DNA from: a virus
Strand: one strand, 5' to 3'
Virus record (IMG/VR): IMGVR_UViG_3300025687_000001
Span: 32,001 to 96,000 of that record
DNA: 64,000 nt
The position numbers were made by a program, and so were the translations under genes. Position 1 is the stretch's first letter. Every line of letters starts with the position of its first letter. Positions 47,801-55,786 of this stretch are shown in pieces. The notes under the pieces were generated by a model. It was not told the DNA's origin, searched no databases, and was given only the letters and a program-made list of their open reading frames with translations.

Positions 47801-48641
47801 CCAGGTTACCTAGCCGCATCCCGGAAAACACACTCTCGACGCCCCGCGTACCTTCTCGCTCACGCATGTACGCGTCGCCCCACATGGAAGCAGCCATGAG
47901 AGGCATGCCGATGGCCGACGCCCCGGCTAGGAGCCCGCCGCCGAGCCCAAAAGCCCCCAGCCCCCCGGCCACGGCCGACCCAAACCCGGCTACCTCGAGC
48001 CCCGTCATAGCCAGGTTTTCTACGCGACCAACTGTTCGCCTCGCCGCTGCAGCCCGTTGCTGCAACACCGACATCCCGGTCGGTGCTGGGGGCATCATCA
48101 GGTTACCCAGAGCTCCCGTGGCCGACAGGTCTCCCCAGAACGTTCCTGAAGACAAGCCTGCAGGACTATTCACCGGGCCTTGAATGGGGTGAGTAAACGC
48201 CTGTGTCCACACCGGCGGCGCGTGGGGCATACCCCAGGCAGGGCGAGCACCGATGTTGCCGTACCCATGCCAGCCGCCACCGCCGCCACCGTAGGAGGGC
48301 TCGGGCGGGGTAGGCCCAGTGTACCCAACACCCGCGCTGATGTGCGGGGCGCCAGCGATGGCGGAAGGCTGGCTCAGCCGGATGTTTGTCCCAATGGGAC
48401 TCAGCGTCTGCGGAGGGGGCGGAGCTGCCGCGCCCATAAGCATCGGCGTCTGTGCCGGGAAGGGCGCAGTGTGGCTAAGCTGAGTGGTGAATATGGGCGG
48501 CGGAGGGGTGGGTAGCTGTACCGCTGTGCTGCCACCGCTGTCTACCGGAGCAAAACTTCCTGGCAGCAGCCCTAACCTAACGAGCGCAGACTGAGCACCG
48601 CCGTACCCGGCTGCAATGCTCGAAAAGGTATCTTCTGCCAA
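44868..48641 (-). CDS. Tail tape-measure protein
   Basis: 1257 aa, Ala/Gly-rich helical, with TM-like segments; directly follows the frameshifting chaperone pair. Confidence 0.75.
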   Translation of the reverse strand: MAEDTFSSIAAGYGGAQSALVRLGLLPGSFAPVDSGGSTAVQLPTPPPPIFTTQLSHTAPFPAQTPMLMGAAAPPPPQTLSPIGTNIRLSQPSAIAGAPHISAGVGYTGPTPPEPSYGGGGGGWHGYGNIGARPAWGMPHAPPVWTQAFTHPIQGPVNSPAGLSSGTFWGDLSATGALGNLMMPPAPTGMSVLQQRAAAARRTVGRVENLAMTGLEVAGFGSAVAGGLGAFGLGGGLLAGASAIGMPLMAASMWGDAYMREREGTRGVESVFSGMRLGNLVSPTGRGINARSAAQIYQGLDRAAVESFSFSTQDMMSTMALGQEAGLMRGHTGSTEQIVARVKELAKVSKTIMDLGEGLTQADAIELQSISRSLGISSTRFQQQDFGKKLTAAARAAGMTLQTYMSGFGGEAAGTYAQMGLNAGSGLAMGGSALASATAMVDGGLISDRRLSALGGMQGMATHLTRGAAHMQATQAGTMMLGALNADMTFDPMKFQEMAFGSYSAKDVQKRGRALIKGKGLTRRQQELRAAMFEEGAMDQFAEYQEDMTPETQQAMVFARARQMMEQAKRENRGMTGLQALTRVTGSRERAMSYMELAKNPGALRAARQQEDLIERDRLERSYQDAEDRFGIGGRAVRWFERKKSAARDVFGVRRAALATAGLEVSAEAKALGVSEDQYLLSSRGGPSKSILDEFRAGDFSGISPASVKKDYAVTEANIDQLEDMGFGHMGSDFTRFLKSDSVVAGENLAMFQRHAAHVDSAASVIRESSRFRTGSGRRAYLDRSAAEMAEASKLSKDVVAAAFSHYRENVGRAFDTYKEGGSSKGAKFLSSKLAEQGAKTSIYRVLQKEDIAAGRKPRTVREMEADPELQKKIAVLSTASQSQMGAEFQRLSAESEDNALAAGALSRQVGRFSGVNLSGARSEGELAKEVFGSITEVKLDSARSATGRAYAQDLSSAFLEETTFEHREHQKTLQLLAQEGTKAGITGKDMELLYQTGGDISELQALSDKGGEQSSAARRLISVLEGEGSSGLKAALRDARESTKKDTNTNWGAKTAEFQEKLKGLEKSRHLSAALGALHINDERVLTSSGFRSRKLKELAGEGGSNEDFLTKFLGSKEAAVQVMGAAGSEAGDMLTRIRSLAAGEEHFARKGNTTKEGRFAQAMELLEAGVLGSAVASVDPTRKRSTDAKSDAGTKEAGDQIELFNKALKENQSEALKLANKYQALNKETDALNLSIRELVGSVYALTDYVNAKIS

Positions 48642-48643
48642 GG

Positions 48644-48949
48644 TTAGAACTCCGGCATGTCATCCAACGAGTCAAGCAGCGATAGCAGCTCCCGGTCTGT
48701 CTTTCGCTCCTCGGCTTTGTCCGCTACCAACCGCTCTCTAATGGTATAAGCCCCCTCGAGGTGGAGGCTCATACGCATTATATCTGTGACGATCTGGCTT
48801 AGGTTTTCAAAGTCTTTTTCGTTGCCTGACCGCCGCCATACTTCGGTCACCAGGGACCGTTCGTACTCTTTCCAAAGCCGGACCCGCTCACGGTAAACCA
48901 TCTCTTGCAGGATGGCGCTCTGAACTGACCCTCGCGGCGGGAGGGGCAC
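48644..48949 (-). CDS. Tail assembly chaperone, frameshift extension (T-like)
   Basis: Reachable in the -1 frame from the upstream slippery site with no intervening stop. Confidence 0.75.
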   Translation of the reverse strand: MPLPPRGSVQSAILQEMVYRERVRLWKEYERSLVTEVWRRSGNEKDFENLSQIVTDIMRMSLHLEGAYTIRERLVADKAEERKTDRELLSLLDSLDDMPEF

Positions 48950-49003
48950 CCCTCGTAGGACTAACTCCGCGCGAGCGCTGCCCCACGAGGTTGTCAGAAA
49001 TTT
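48949..49003 (-). promoter_or_regulatory. Programmed -1 frameshift signal
   Basis: A_AAT_TTC (49003-48997), a 6-nt spacer, then the stem cctcgtggg/cctacgagg. Confidence 0.8.
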
Positions 49004-49611
49004 TCGATGGCCCTGGGGTCCCCGGCGAGCTGCACCTTCCGGTCAAACCGAACCAAAACCTGCCCTAACGTAAAGAAAACCTGCTCCGGGAGATTCGTAC
49101 AGAAGTTATATCGAGCTCGCCAGGCAGACTCGACGTCCTCCGCGTTCTCAGGGCTGGGGAAGATGAACTTCTCATTACCGTAGCGGGCCAAACTAGCCGC
49201 CACGTTATGGCGCGTAACGATGTGGTTGAAGTGGTTGGTGGTGCGCGGCTCGGTGTCGTACAAAATGTCCGCGAGCCTATCCGCGTCCCGAGTCGTACGC
49301 GTCCGGAACGTAAACACAGTGCCGCGCAGCTGATAGCTCTCCTCGTAATGCCCCTTGGACAGGAGAGAGTCGAGCACCGTCATGACGCTGTTTTCGCTGA
49401 TCTTCGCTTCCGCCAGCTCCTCCAGCCACAGGTCTTTGGCCGTCTTGGCTTGAAGAGGCTTAGCAGCAATCTCCTCCGCCGCCGCCTCCTCCTCCTCCTC
49501 CTCAGGAGCCTCGACCACCTCCGGGTCCTCTGCGGGCTCCGGGGAGGCCGCTAGGTTGGAGAGCCTGCGGGCTGCGCTGGCGTTGCCTAGCTCGGATAGC
49601 TTGATGGACAC
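48994..49611 (-). CDS. Tail assembly chaperone (G-like)
   Basis: Lies upstream of the tape-measure gene and ends ENF* on a slippery heptamer. Confidence 0.75.
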   Translation of the reverse strand: MSIKLSELGNASAARRLSNLAASPEPAEDPEVVEAPEEEEEEAAAEEIAAKPLQAKTAKDLWLEELAEAKISENSVMTVLDSLLSKGHYEESYQLRGTVFTFRTRTTRDADRLADILYDTEPRTTNHFNHIVTRHNVAASLARYGNEKFIFPSPENAEDVESAWRARYNFCTNLPEQVFFTLGQVLVRFDRKVQLAGDPRAIENF

Positions 49612-49639
49612 TACTTACTCCGCAAAAAAAGAAGGTTAG

Positions 49640-49650
49640 CTGGCATAAGT
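49640..49650 (+). promoter_or_regulatory. Putative phage promoter motif CTGGCATAAGT
   Basis: Recurs near 57562 and 62423, with a variant near 50343, each at the start of a + strand unit. Confidence 0.55.
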
Positions 49651-49780
49651 CCCTGAGATCTCTAGGTGTAGTGCACAGCACTTGGAGTTCTCAGGGTCAC
49701 AGTGCTCCCAACATACGGGAGTCAGGCCCTTACCGCCAGCCTTAGTTTTTGACGTAGCTGTTGAAAGCCTGGGTTGGTAG

Positions 49781-49947
49781 GCTACTCCTAGTTAAGCCTA
49801 GTAGGCTAGCTCTTGTAACAAGAGCGCAGTTGTCTACCGGTGCAAACCGGTAGAGGCGATGAGCCAGCCGGAGACGCGTATTTTATCGGTACCCGAACTA
49901 GCCCAGAAAAACATCCGGCCTGCAGATGTCGACCTCGTAGGAGTAGC
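49781..49947 (+). ncRNA. Retron msr-msd-like ncRNA, unit 4 (solo)
   Basis: 10-bp IR gctactccta/taggagtagc with G49791 opposite G49937. Hairpins agcct-agt-aggct and gctcttg-taa-caagagc, then tctaccggt-gcaa-accggtaga and gccgga/tccggc. Confidence 0.65.
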
Positions 49948-49950
49948 GAA

Positions 49951-50154
49951 GTGACTGTCATAAAAGAAGACGTGTTTGGTGGGGCGACGACTTGTGACCA
50001 CACCAACATCGAATACGAGCCCGCGGAGAACTGCGCTACCTGCGCGGACTGCGGCACTGTGTTTGTGCACACAGACCAAACCGCCCCTGAGGGCGAGCCC
50101 GAGGAGCTCCCTGATGTGGAAGTTGCTCTAGAGGAGCAAGATGGCAATGGATGA
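49951..50154 (+). CDS. Small zinc-ribbon protein
   Basis: GTG after an AGGAG SD; CDH...CATCADC. Confidence 0.5.
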   Translation: MTVIKEDVFGGATTCDHTNIEYEPAENCATCADCGTVFVHTDQTAPEGEPEELPDVEVALEEQDGNG

Positions 50155-50356
50155 GTTTTTAGCCGAAGTGTTTGAGCGCGCGTCCCACGGAAACGTAGGG
50201 CTAGCTAATGTCATGAGTAGCGCCTCTCGGTACGGCATCCCTGCTTCGGACGCTCGTAGCCTGCTCAGGCTGGCTGTGCAGGAGCAGCGCCTGCCGGAGG
50301 CGGCTCTAAAAGAGGGGCTTGGTCGCTTCTTGGGGCTAAAATCTGGCAAAAGCTAA
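50141..50356 (+). CDS. Hypothetical protein
   Basis: SD gaggag upstream; 71 aa. Confidence 0.5.
   Translation: MAMDEFLAEVFERASHGNVGLANVMSSASRYGIPASDARSLLRLAVQEQRLPEAALKEGLGRFLGLKSGKS
50336..50352 (+). promoter_or_regulatory. Promoter motif variant CTAAAATCTGGCAAAAG
   Basis: One mismatch to the copy at 57555; 7 nt before the ATG. Confidence 0.45.
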
Positions 50357-50359
50357 CGA

Positions 50360-51565
50360 ATGTACCCCACCCTGCCCTGGGTGACATCCGCGCTAAACAC
50401 ACTGTACGGCGTGGAAAAGCCCGCAGCGGCAATTAGCCTCTCCTTGGTTTCTGGTGAAGGCTGTATCCTTTTCGGCCCTCCAGGAAACGGTAAAACGCGC
50501 ATGCTAGAACTCGTTCTCGAGGCTCTGGCCCGCGCCGCTGACCCACTCAAGCCGTGGTCAGCCACTATGACTTCCGAGTCGACAATCGACGACCTGATCG
50601 GCCCCCTCGACCTCACACCTATCATCGAACAAAGTGGGGGGCCGTACAACCACCGACGCACAGTCGAAGGGTTGCTCCACGCTGACGTGGTGTGGCTTCG
50701 CGAGGGGCTGAGTGCCCCGCCGCGAACGCTGGCCTCCGTGCGCGACATCATGGAAAGCAAGGTCTTCGCGAATGGGGACCAGCAAGTTCCGTCGTCTGTC
50801 AAAGCCTGGCTTCTCGACACCAACATCGAGCCGCGTGAGCTGATGGAGATGGGTGACGAGTTCCGAGCACTCACCGAACGGTTCCCTCTGCAGGTCTCGG
50901 TAAACCTGTCTCCCTCCGTGCAGAACCTGAAGAGCGCATACTACTCCGCGCAGTTCGAGCGGCAACTCCCCCACGGACCTTCCATGGAGGAGTTCCGTAC
51001 TATGCAAGCGGCCTGCAAGGTCGTGTCTGTGGGCGAGGACAGCCTCTCCCACGCTGCTACGCTGATGGCCAATGCGGCCAAGGCGCACGGGTTCGTGCTC
51101 AACCCGCGCATCTTCCAGAAGGGCGTGCGGTTGATGCAAGCCAGCGCTACCATACACGGCCGAGGGCACACGACCTCAGAGGACCTGGCTGCGCTGGTGT
51201 TTGTGCCTGGTGGCGAAGTCCTCGAAGAGGAGCTGGGCACCAACATCCAGCGAGCTCAGATCCACAGTGCCGCCAACAAACGTCTAAGCGACGCTGCCTC
51301 GCTGTACGATGAGTGGCGCCGCCTTCACCGAGAGGCGAAGTCTGGGAACTTCATTGCCCAGAGCATGCTCCAGACTACCTTGGAGCACCTAAAGGTCAAG
51401 GTGGCCGGGCTGCCTCGTCTACCCGACGAAGCAGTAGCCGACCGAGATCGGCTACTGGACAGGCTCAGAGAGCAGATGAAGCTGCAGAGCCACACAACTC
51501 AGCGGCTTCTCCAGCTCAAACCGGAGTACGCAGACTTCGTAGCGAAAGTGGATGCCCTCTACTAG
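50360..51565 (+). CDS. RavA-like MoxR AAA+ ATPase
   Basis: FGPPGNGKT, DDLIGPLDL, VFANG and ALTERF; Walker B reads VWLRE. Confidence 0.8.
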   Translation: MYPTLPWVTSALNTLYGVEKPAAAISLSLVSGEGCILFGPPGNGKTRMLELVLEALARAADPLKPWSATMTSESTIDDLIGPLDLTPIIEQSGGPYNHRRTVEGLLHADVVWLREGLSAPPRTLASVRDIMESKVFANGDQQVPSSVKAWLLDTNIEPRELMEMGDEFRALTERFPLQVSVNLSPSVQNLKSAYYSAQFERQLPHGPSMEEFRTMQAACKVVSVGEDSLSHAATLMANAAKAHGFVLNPRIFQKGVRLMQASATIHGRGHTTSEDLAALVFVPGGEVLEEELGTNIQRAQIHSAANKRLSDAASLYDEWRRLHREAKSGNFIAQSMLQTTLEHLKVKVAGLPRLPDEAVADRDRLLDRLREQMKLQSHTTQRLLQLKPEYADFVAKVDALY

Positions 51566-52919
51566 GGCCGGAGCGGGCTTCGCGCATGTGCAGACGAAGC
51601 CCCCTCTTCTTTACTATCCACCTAGCACGCAGGAAGTCTACGAAGCTATGCAAGCTAGGAACCTGGGGGACTACGATCCCTCGTTTGTGGCGGACATAGC
51701 AAACGTCGCTGCGGGAGGTACGGTGCTCCCGCAAACGCAGTGGGAAAACCACTACCGTAACCTGGCGCACCTACGAACTGCAGAAGCAGTTAAGGGGGAG
51801 ACCCCAGACATGCAAGCGGCGCGTAGAGCAAGCGTAGAAAAGCTACTTCTGGAGGACGCAGACAGAACCGCTCGGTTCTTAGCCGAGACCGACCTCAGCC
51901 GGTCTCCGGGGGTATCGCCTCTGACAAAGGCTCTGCTGGTCTGCCACATGCTCAAAAACATGCGGCGCAACGAGACGTCCACAGAACAGCTCCTGCGGGC
52001 TCAGAGCAGTAACAACAAAACCGGTCCGGAGTCAGGCAACGTGCCTATCTCGGGCACGGGAAAAGGCCCGCAAAACCGCTACATCAAGGAAGTCAGCGAG
52101 GCTCTGGAGCACCTGGAACAACTGCCCGAGGAGTTTCTAGAGACTTTCGGAGAGCAAGAAGACCGCGACTCGCAGGTTGAGGACCTCATGGACGCCACAG
52201 ACGGTATGGATCTGTCCACGTTCCTTAGGGTAGCCAAGACCCTGGAGAACAGTTGCCTGCTGACCACAACTAAGCAGCGTACGAAGCAGTCCACTCCAGA
52301 AGGGTCTCACGAGGAGCGCAAGGCTCTGCGAGACTTCCGGCACCTTAGCAAGATGACTCGCCGCTCTCGAGCTCAGCTAGCATTAGGTGTGGTGGGTCGC
52401 GCTCACCTGGCAACCGGAGGGCTGTTCTACAAGAACGTCTTTGCCTGGAAAGAGCAAAAGACGCTTTTGTACGTCTTGGTGGATGTCAGTGGATCCATGA
52501 ACAGCCCCTGGCGTATCGGCGCTGCCCTAGGCTCGGTCCAGGCTCTAGCCACTGCAGTTAAGGCGGGCGCGGCCGAGCTCTACTTGCGCTTCTTTGATGG
52601 GACCGTCGGTGACCTTCACCACGTCAAGTCCCCACTAGAGGTGCCGGAGTGGGTGGCTAATATCCGCCGTCGCGCTAACTTCCGGGGCGGGAGCACCGAC
52701 ATCCACCGAGCGATCACCACCGCGCTACGCGACATCCACGAATGGAAAGACGCGTACCGCCCAGAACTTCTGGTCGTCAGTGACGGCCAAGACCAAGTCT
52801 CCACCACTCTGTCTGACCTAGGTCGAGTTAAGCTCCACTCAGTTCAGATCGGAGAGGATGGGTGCGCGCGCCTGGCAAAGCTCGTCTCGGATTCCCGAGG
52901 CCTGCAAATCCAGGTGTGA
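51552..52919 (+). CDS. ViaA-like VWA domain protein
   Basis: VDVSGSM, GGSTDI and VVSDG; overlaps the ATPase stop. Confidence 0.8.
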   Translation: MPSTRAGAGFAHVQTKPPLLYYPPSTQEVYEAMQARNLGDYDPSFVADIANVAAGGTVLPQTQWENHYRNLAHLRTAEAVKGETPDMQAARRASVEKLLLEDADRTARFLAETDLSRSPGVSPLTKALLVCHMLKNMRRNETSTEQLLRAQSSNNKTGPESGNVPISGTGKGPQNRYIKEVSEALEHLEQLPEEFLETFGEQEDRDSQVEDLMDATDGMDLSTFLRVAKTLENSCLLTTTKQRTKQSTPEGSHEERKALRDFRHLSKMTRRSRAQLALGVVGRAHLATGGLFYKNVFAWKEQKTLLYVLVDVSGSMNSPWRIGAALGSVQALATAVKAGAAELYLRFFDGTVGDLHHVKSPLEVPEWVANIRRRANFRGGSTDIHRAITTALRDIHEWKDAYRPELLVVSDGQDQVSTTLSDLGRVKLHSVQIGEDGCARLAKLVSDSRGLQIQV

Positions 52920-53166
52920 ACGCGCAGGCTGCCCTGCGCGCTCCCTACAACTGGGAAAACCTAAAGCACTAATAGCTTGTACGGGACACAACGGCAGCTA
53001 TGTGCCCCAAACACGAGCAGACCCGCTCGAAAAACTACCGCCCCATAAGTTTTGCAATTCGATCGAGGCGTTAAAAGATGAAAGGCTGCTTGGTGATAAG
53101 GAACCCCCCTGGGCAGTCGGGTAGAGCCCTGTAGCTAGTGGATAAAAGCTAAAGAAACACCACACT

Positions 53167-53292
53167 GAGGGGTACTGGGTCGTCGGTGCGTAAGAACAAA
53201 ACTGGGTACCAATAGCCGCATCATAATTTACGCATGTGGGTATCAGCTTACCGTTACAGCGTAGTACCGCACCTAAGGCGACCCGGCCCCTC
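53167..53292 (+). ncRNA. Candidate rod-shaped ncRNA with central bubble
   Basis: Nested IRs gagggg/cccctc, ctgggtcgtc/ggcgacccgg and ggtgcg/cgcacc, an internal bubble and an apical stem, followed by a T-run. Confidence 0.4.
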
Positions 53293-53300
53293 GCCTTCTT

Positions 53301-54092
53301 TTAGCTTCCGAAGTCTAGGAGGTCGTCCCAGCCCTTGGGATCCCACGCCAACTCTTGTACCTTACCCGACTTCTTCACCGTCATGCGGCGCATGGGGTCC
53401 AGATAGCTGTGCGGCAGTACGGTTACCGCCGTACGCTCAACGTTCATGCGGTCGCAGAGCTCGAGCGTGAGCGAGTTTAGCGTGTCTTTCTGCGCCTCAG
53501 TCCAAGGACCGCCCGCGGGCACAGCCAACAGGTCCACGCTGATGGACCCGGTATTGGGAGACGGAGCGCCTTCTGGCAAAAGCTGCGCCGGGGAATCGAG
53601 GCCCGGGAAAGCTTCTTTCCACGCAGCGTACCCCCCAGCGGGGGGCTGCGCAGCCAGGCTGCCACCTAGGGGGTGCGACCAGCGCTGCCAATCTGTACCC
53701 GCGTACAACTGCCGCACATTGGTCTTCCACCCAGCATGCCAGCCTTGTACTCCTAGCGGGAGGATCTGCCAGACGTAGCCGTCCCAGTCGATCAGGAAAT
53801 GCGTGCTTACGCCGTTGCCACTACGCGCGTAGTACCTGCAGGCGTAGCGCGCTACTTCGCGGCAGTCCTTTATGCCCTTGTCAAAGGCCTTCTGGACAAT
53901 CCCCGCTCCAGTCGTGTGCACCACTACAAAGCTAGCCGGGATGGTACGCTTGGAGAAGTCCCGCTCGTCTGGGATGCGCCGGTCGTGGGGAACTGAGGGA
54001 AGCCAGTCAACCATTTGGAGGTCGGGTTTTGGCTCCGGGGGGTTTTGCGGCGTTAGAAGGTCCCGCCAGACTTGGAAGAGTTCGTTGAGCAT
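53301..54092 (-). CDS. N-acetylmuramoyl-L-alanine amidase (Amidase_2; putative endolysin)
   Basis: VVVHTT, STHFLID..G, WHAG and HS..DP...WDP. Confidence 0.8.
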   Translation of the reverse strand: MLNELFQVWRDLLTPQNPPEPKPDLQMVDWLPSVPHDRRIPDERDFSKRTIPASFVVVHTTGAGIVQKAFDKGIKDCREVARYACRYYARSGNGVSTHFLIDWDGYVWQILPLGVQGWHAGWKTNVRQLYAGTDWQRWSHPLGGSLAAQPPAGGYAAWKEAFPGLDSPAQLLPEGAPSPNTGSISVDLLAVPAGGPWTEAQKDTLNSLTLELCDRMNVERTAVTVLPHSYLDPMRRMTVKKSGKVQELAWDPKGWDDLLDFGS

Positions 54093-55786
54093 TACTCTTC
54101 AAACGCCTCCATCGTAACGTACCAAGCTACGTTGCCTCCTCCAATGCTTCGGGAGTAGCAGGTAGCAATAGAGTTGTCGGCTATGGTCAGCAGCAGATCG
54201 CCGGATCCTGTGCCGAACTGATCTGAGCCGCCGCACCTCAATTGCTGCTGGAATCCTGAGTGGTTGATAACGCGCAGCAGCAGGTTCGCTACTGAAGGTA
54301 GCGTAAGCATGTAGTCAGCCGCATTACCGCCAGTCAAGAAGTGCACGGGCTTAGAGTCGCTGATATCGTAGAGCGTTGTCATCGTATAAGTCTGCGAGGT
54401 GTACTGCACCGCAGTCTCTATACATAGAGCGTCCGCTCCCGTTACGCGGAGCTCCCCCCCGGAGGGTCCGTCTAGCCACAGCTTATCGACGCCACCGACG
54501 TTTGATAGGAACATAGTCGCCGTGTCGGAGCACGCATCAGACTCCAGCGACAACGTGGCAATGGCGCTTGCGTGGATATCCACGGTTTGCGTGTGTACGT
54601 TACTCCACCGTGCACCCCCTGCCCCCAAAGAGTGCGTGACGTCAGCGGCGGGTGCCACGTCCATATCGAAATACGCGGTGGCAAAATCATCAAACAAGAT
54701 TTCGCCGTTAGACCCTTCCCCGATCTGGAAGGGCTTGTTGAAGATCAGCTTCCCGTCACCGCTGTTAGACTCGTAAGTCATGCCTACGTCAGTATTAGCG
54801 CCCTCAACGTCTATGAAGACACCGATGCCCGCACTGACGTCATTGTACTCTGCTAACGCCACCTGCCCGTCATCTGTCACCACTGCTATCTGCGAGTTGC
54901 CTGCGTTCTCCACTACAAGACCATCGTAGTTGTATGGGTCTCGAGCTGGGTCGGCTGACACGATATGGACAGCGTGCTGTGGCAGCTCAATGCCGAGCCC
55001 CAGCTTCCCATCATCCTTCAGAGTAGCCCGCACAGACAGCGAGCTACCATCGTGAGTCAAAAACTTGAGCTCAGTGGCTGCATCGCCGGCGTGCCAGTTG
55101 CTCGCTGCTACAGCATCAATCCGCGCACCTTCTTCCCAGGTATCGATGTCCTCGAAGCCTCCAGCGGTATCATCGTGACCGGTGAATGCGATGGAGCCAA
55201 GGGTTTGTGCGTTAGAGACCGACTGGTCTGCCTGCGCTAGCACAAGCTTTGGCGCTGCGGTGTCGCTCTGCGCTATGCCCGAAACGTAGAAATTGCGGGT
55301 AGCGCAGAGGGTGTAATACTCCTCGTTCAGTTCGTTGGACGCAGCAAACGCCTTGATGCCCTCCCACAAAAGAGCCGGGAGCTTGTTGCACATCAACAGC
55401 AAGCGGTCAGGCGCTAGCGCGTAGCCTACTAGGGGGCCGTAGCGGATGAGCATGTCGAGCTCAGAGTCCCCGTACTGAAAATCACCCGCAGTGGAATCGC
55501 AAAACACCCAGTTGTTGATGCTGTAGGGCACTCCGCTCGCGTGGTACACCCCGGAGGTTTGTACGCGGCAAACACCGTGCGCAATACTGTAGCAGATACC
55601 TAGGACGTGGGAGTGCGTGCGGTCGGCTAGGTCCAGCTGCTCCGCGCCGCTGTCCCACATGACGGGTTTCCCGACCGCCACGGTAACGTCGTACGACGTG
55701 TAGTCCTGAAAAGACCCGCTAGGCGCGTCGATAGGCCCAACGACCCCCGCTACGACTTCACCTTGAACCTTGCGTTCGATTGCCAC
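54092..55786 (-). CDS. Putative tail fibre/virion protein
   Basis: LGSIAFTG, DGKLGLG..P...VHI and SLG....RWSNV are fibre-type motifs. Confidence 0.6.
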   Translation of the reverse strand: MAIERKVQGEVVAGVVGPIDAPSGSFQDYTSYDVTVAVGKPVMWDSGAEQLDLADRTHSHVLGICYSIAHGVCRVQTSGVYHASGVPYSINNWVFCDSTAGDFQYGDSELDMLIRYGPLVGYALAPDRLLLMCNKLPALLWEGIKAFAASNELNEEYYTLCATRNFYVSGIAQSDTAAPKLVLAQADQSVSNAQTLGSIAFTGHDDTAGGFEDIDTWEEGARIDAVAASNWHAGDAATELKFLTHDGSSLSVRATLKDDGKLGLGIELPQHAVHIVSADPARDPYNYDGLVVENAGNSQIAVVTDDGQVALAEYNDVSAGIGVFIDVEGANTDVGMTYESNSGDGKLIFNKPFQIGEGSNGEILFDDFATAYFDMDVAPAADVTHSLGAGGARWSNVHTQTVDIHASAIATLSLESDACSDTATMFLSNVGGVDKLWLDGPSGGELRVTGADALCIETAVQYTSQTYTMTTLYDISDSKPVHFLTGGNAADYMLTLPSVANLLLRVINHSGFQQQLRCGGSDQFGTGSGDLLLTIADNSIATCYSRSIGGGNVAWYVTMEAFEE

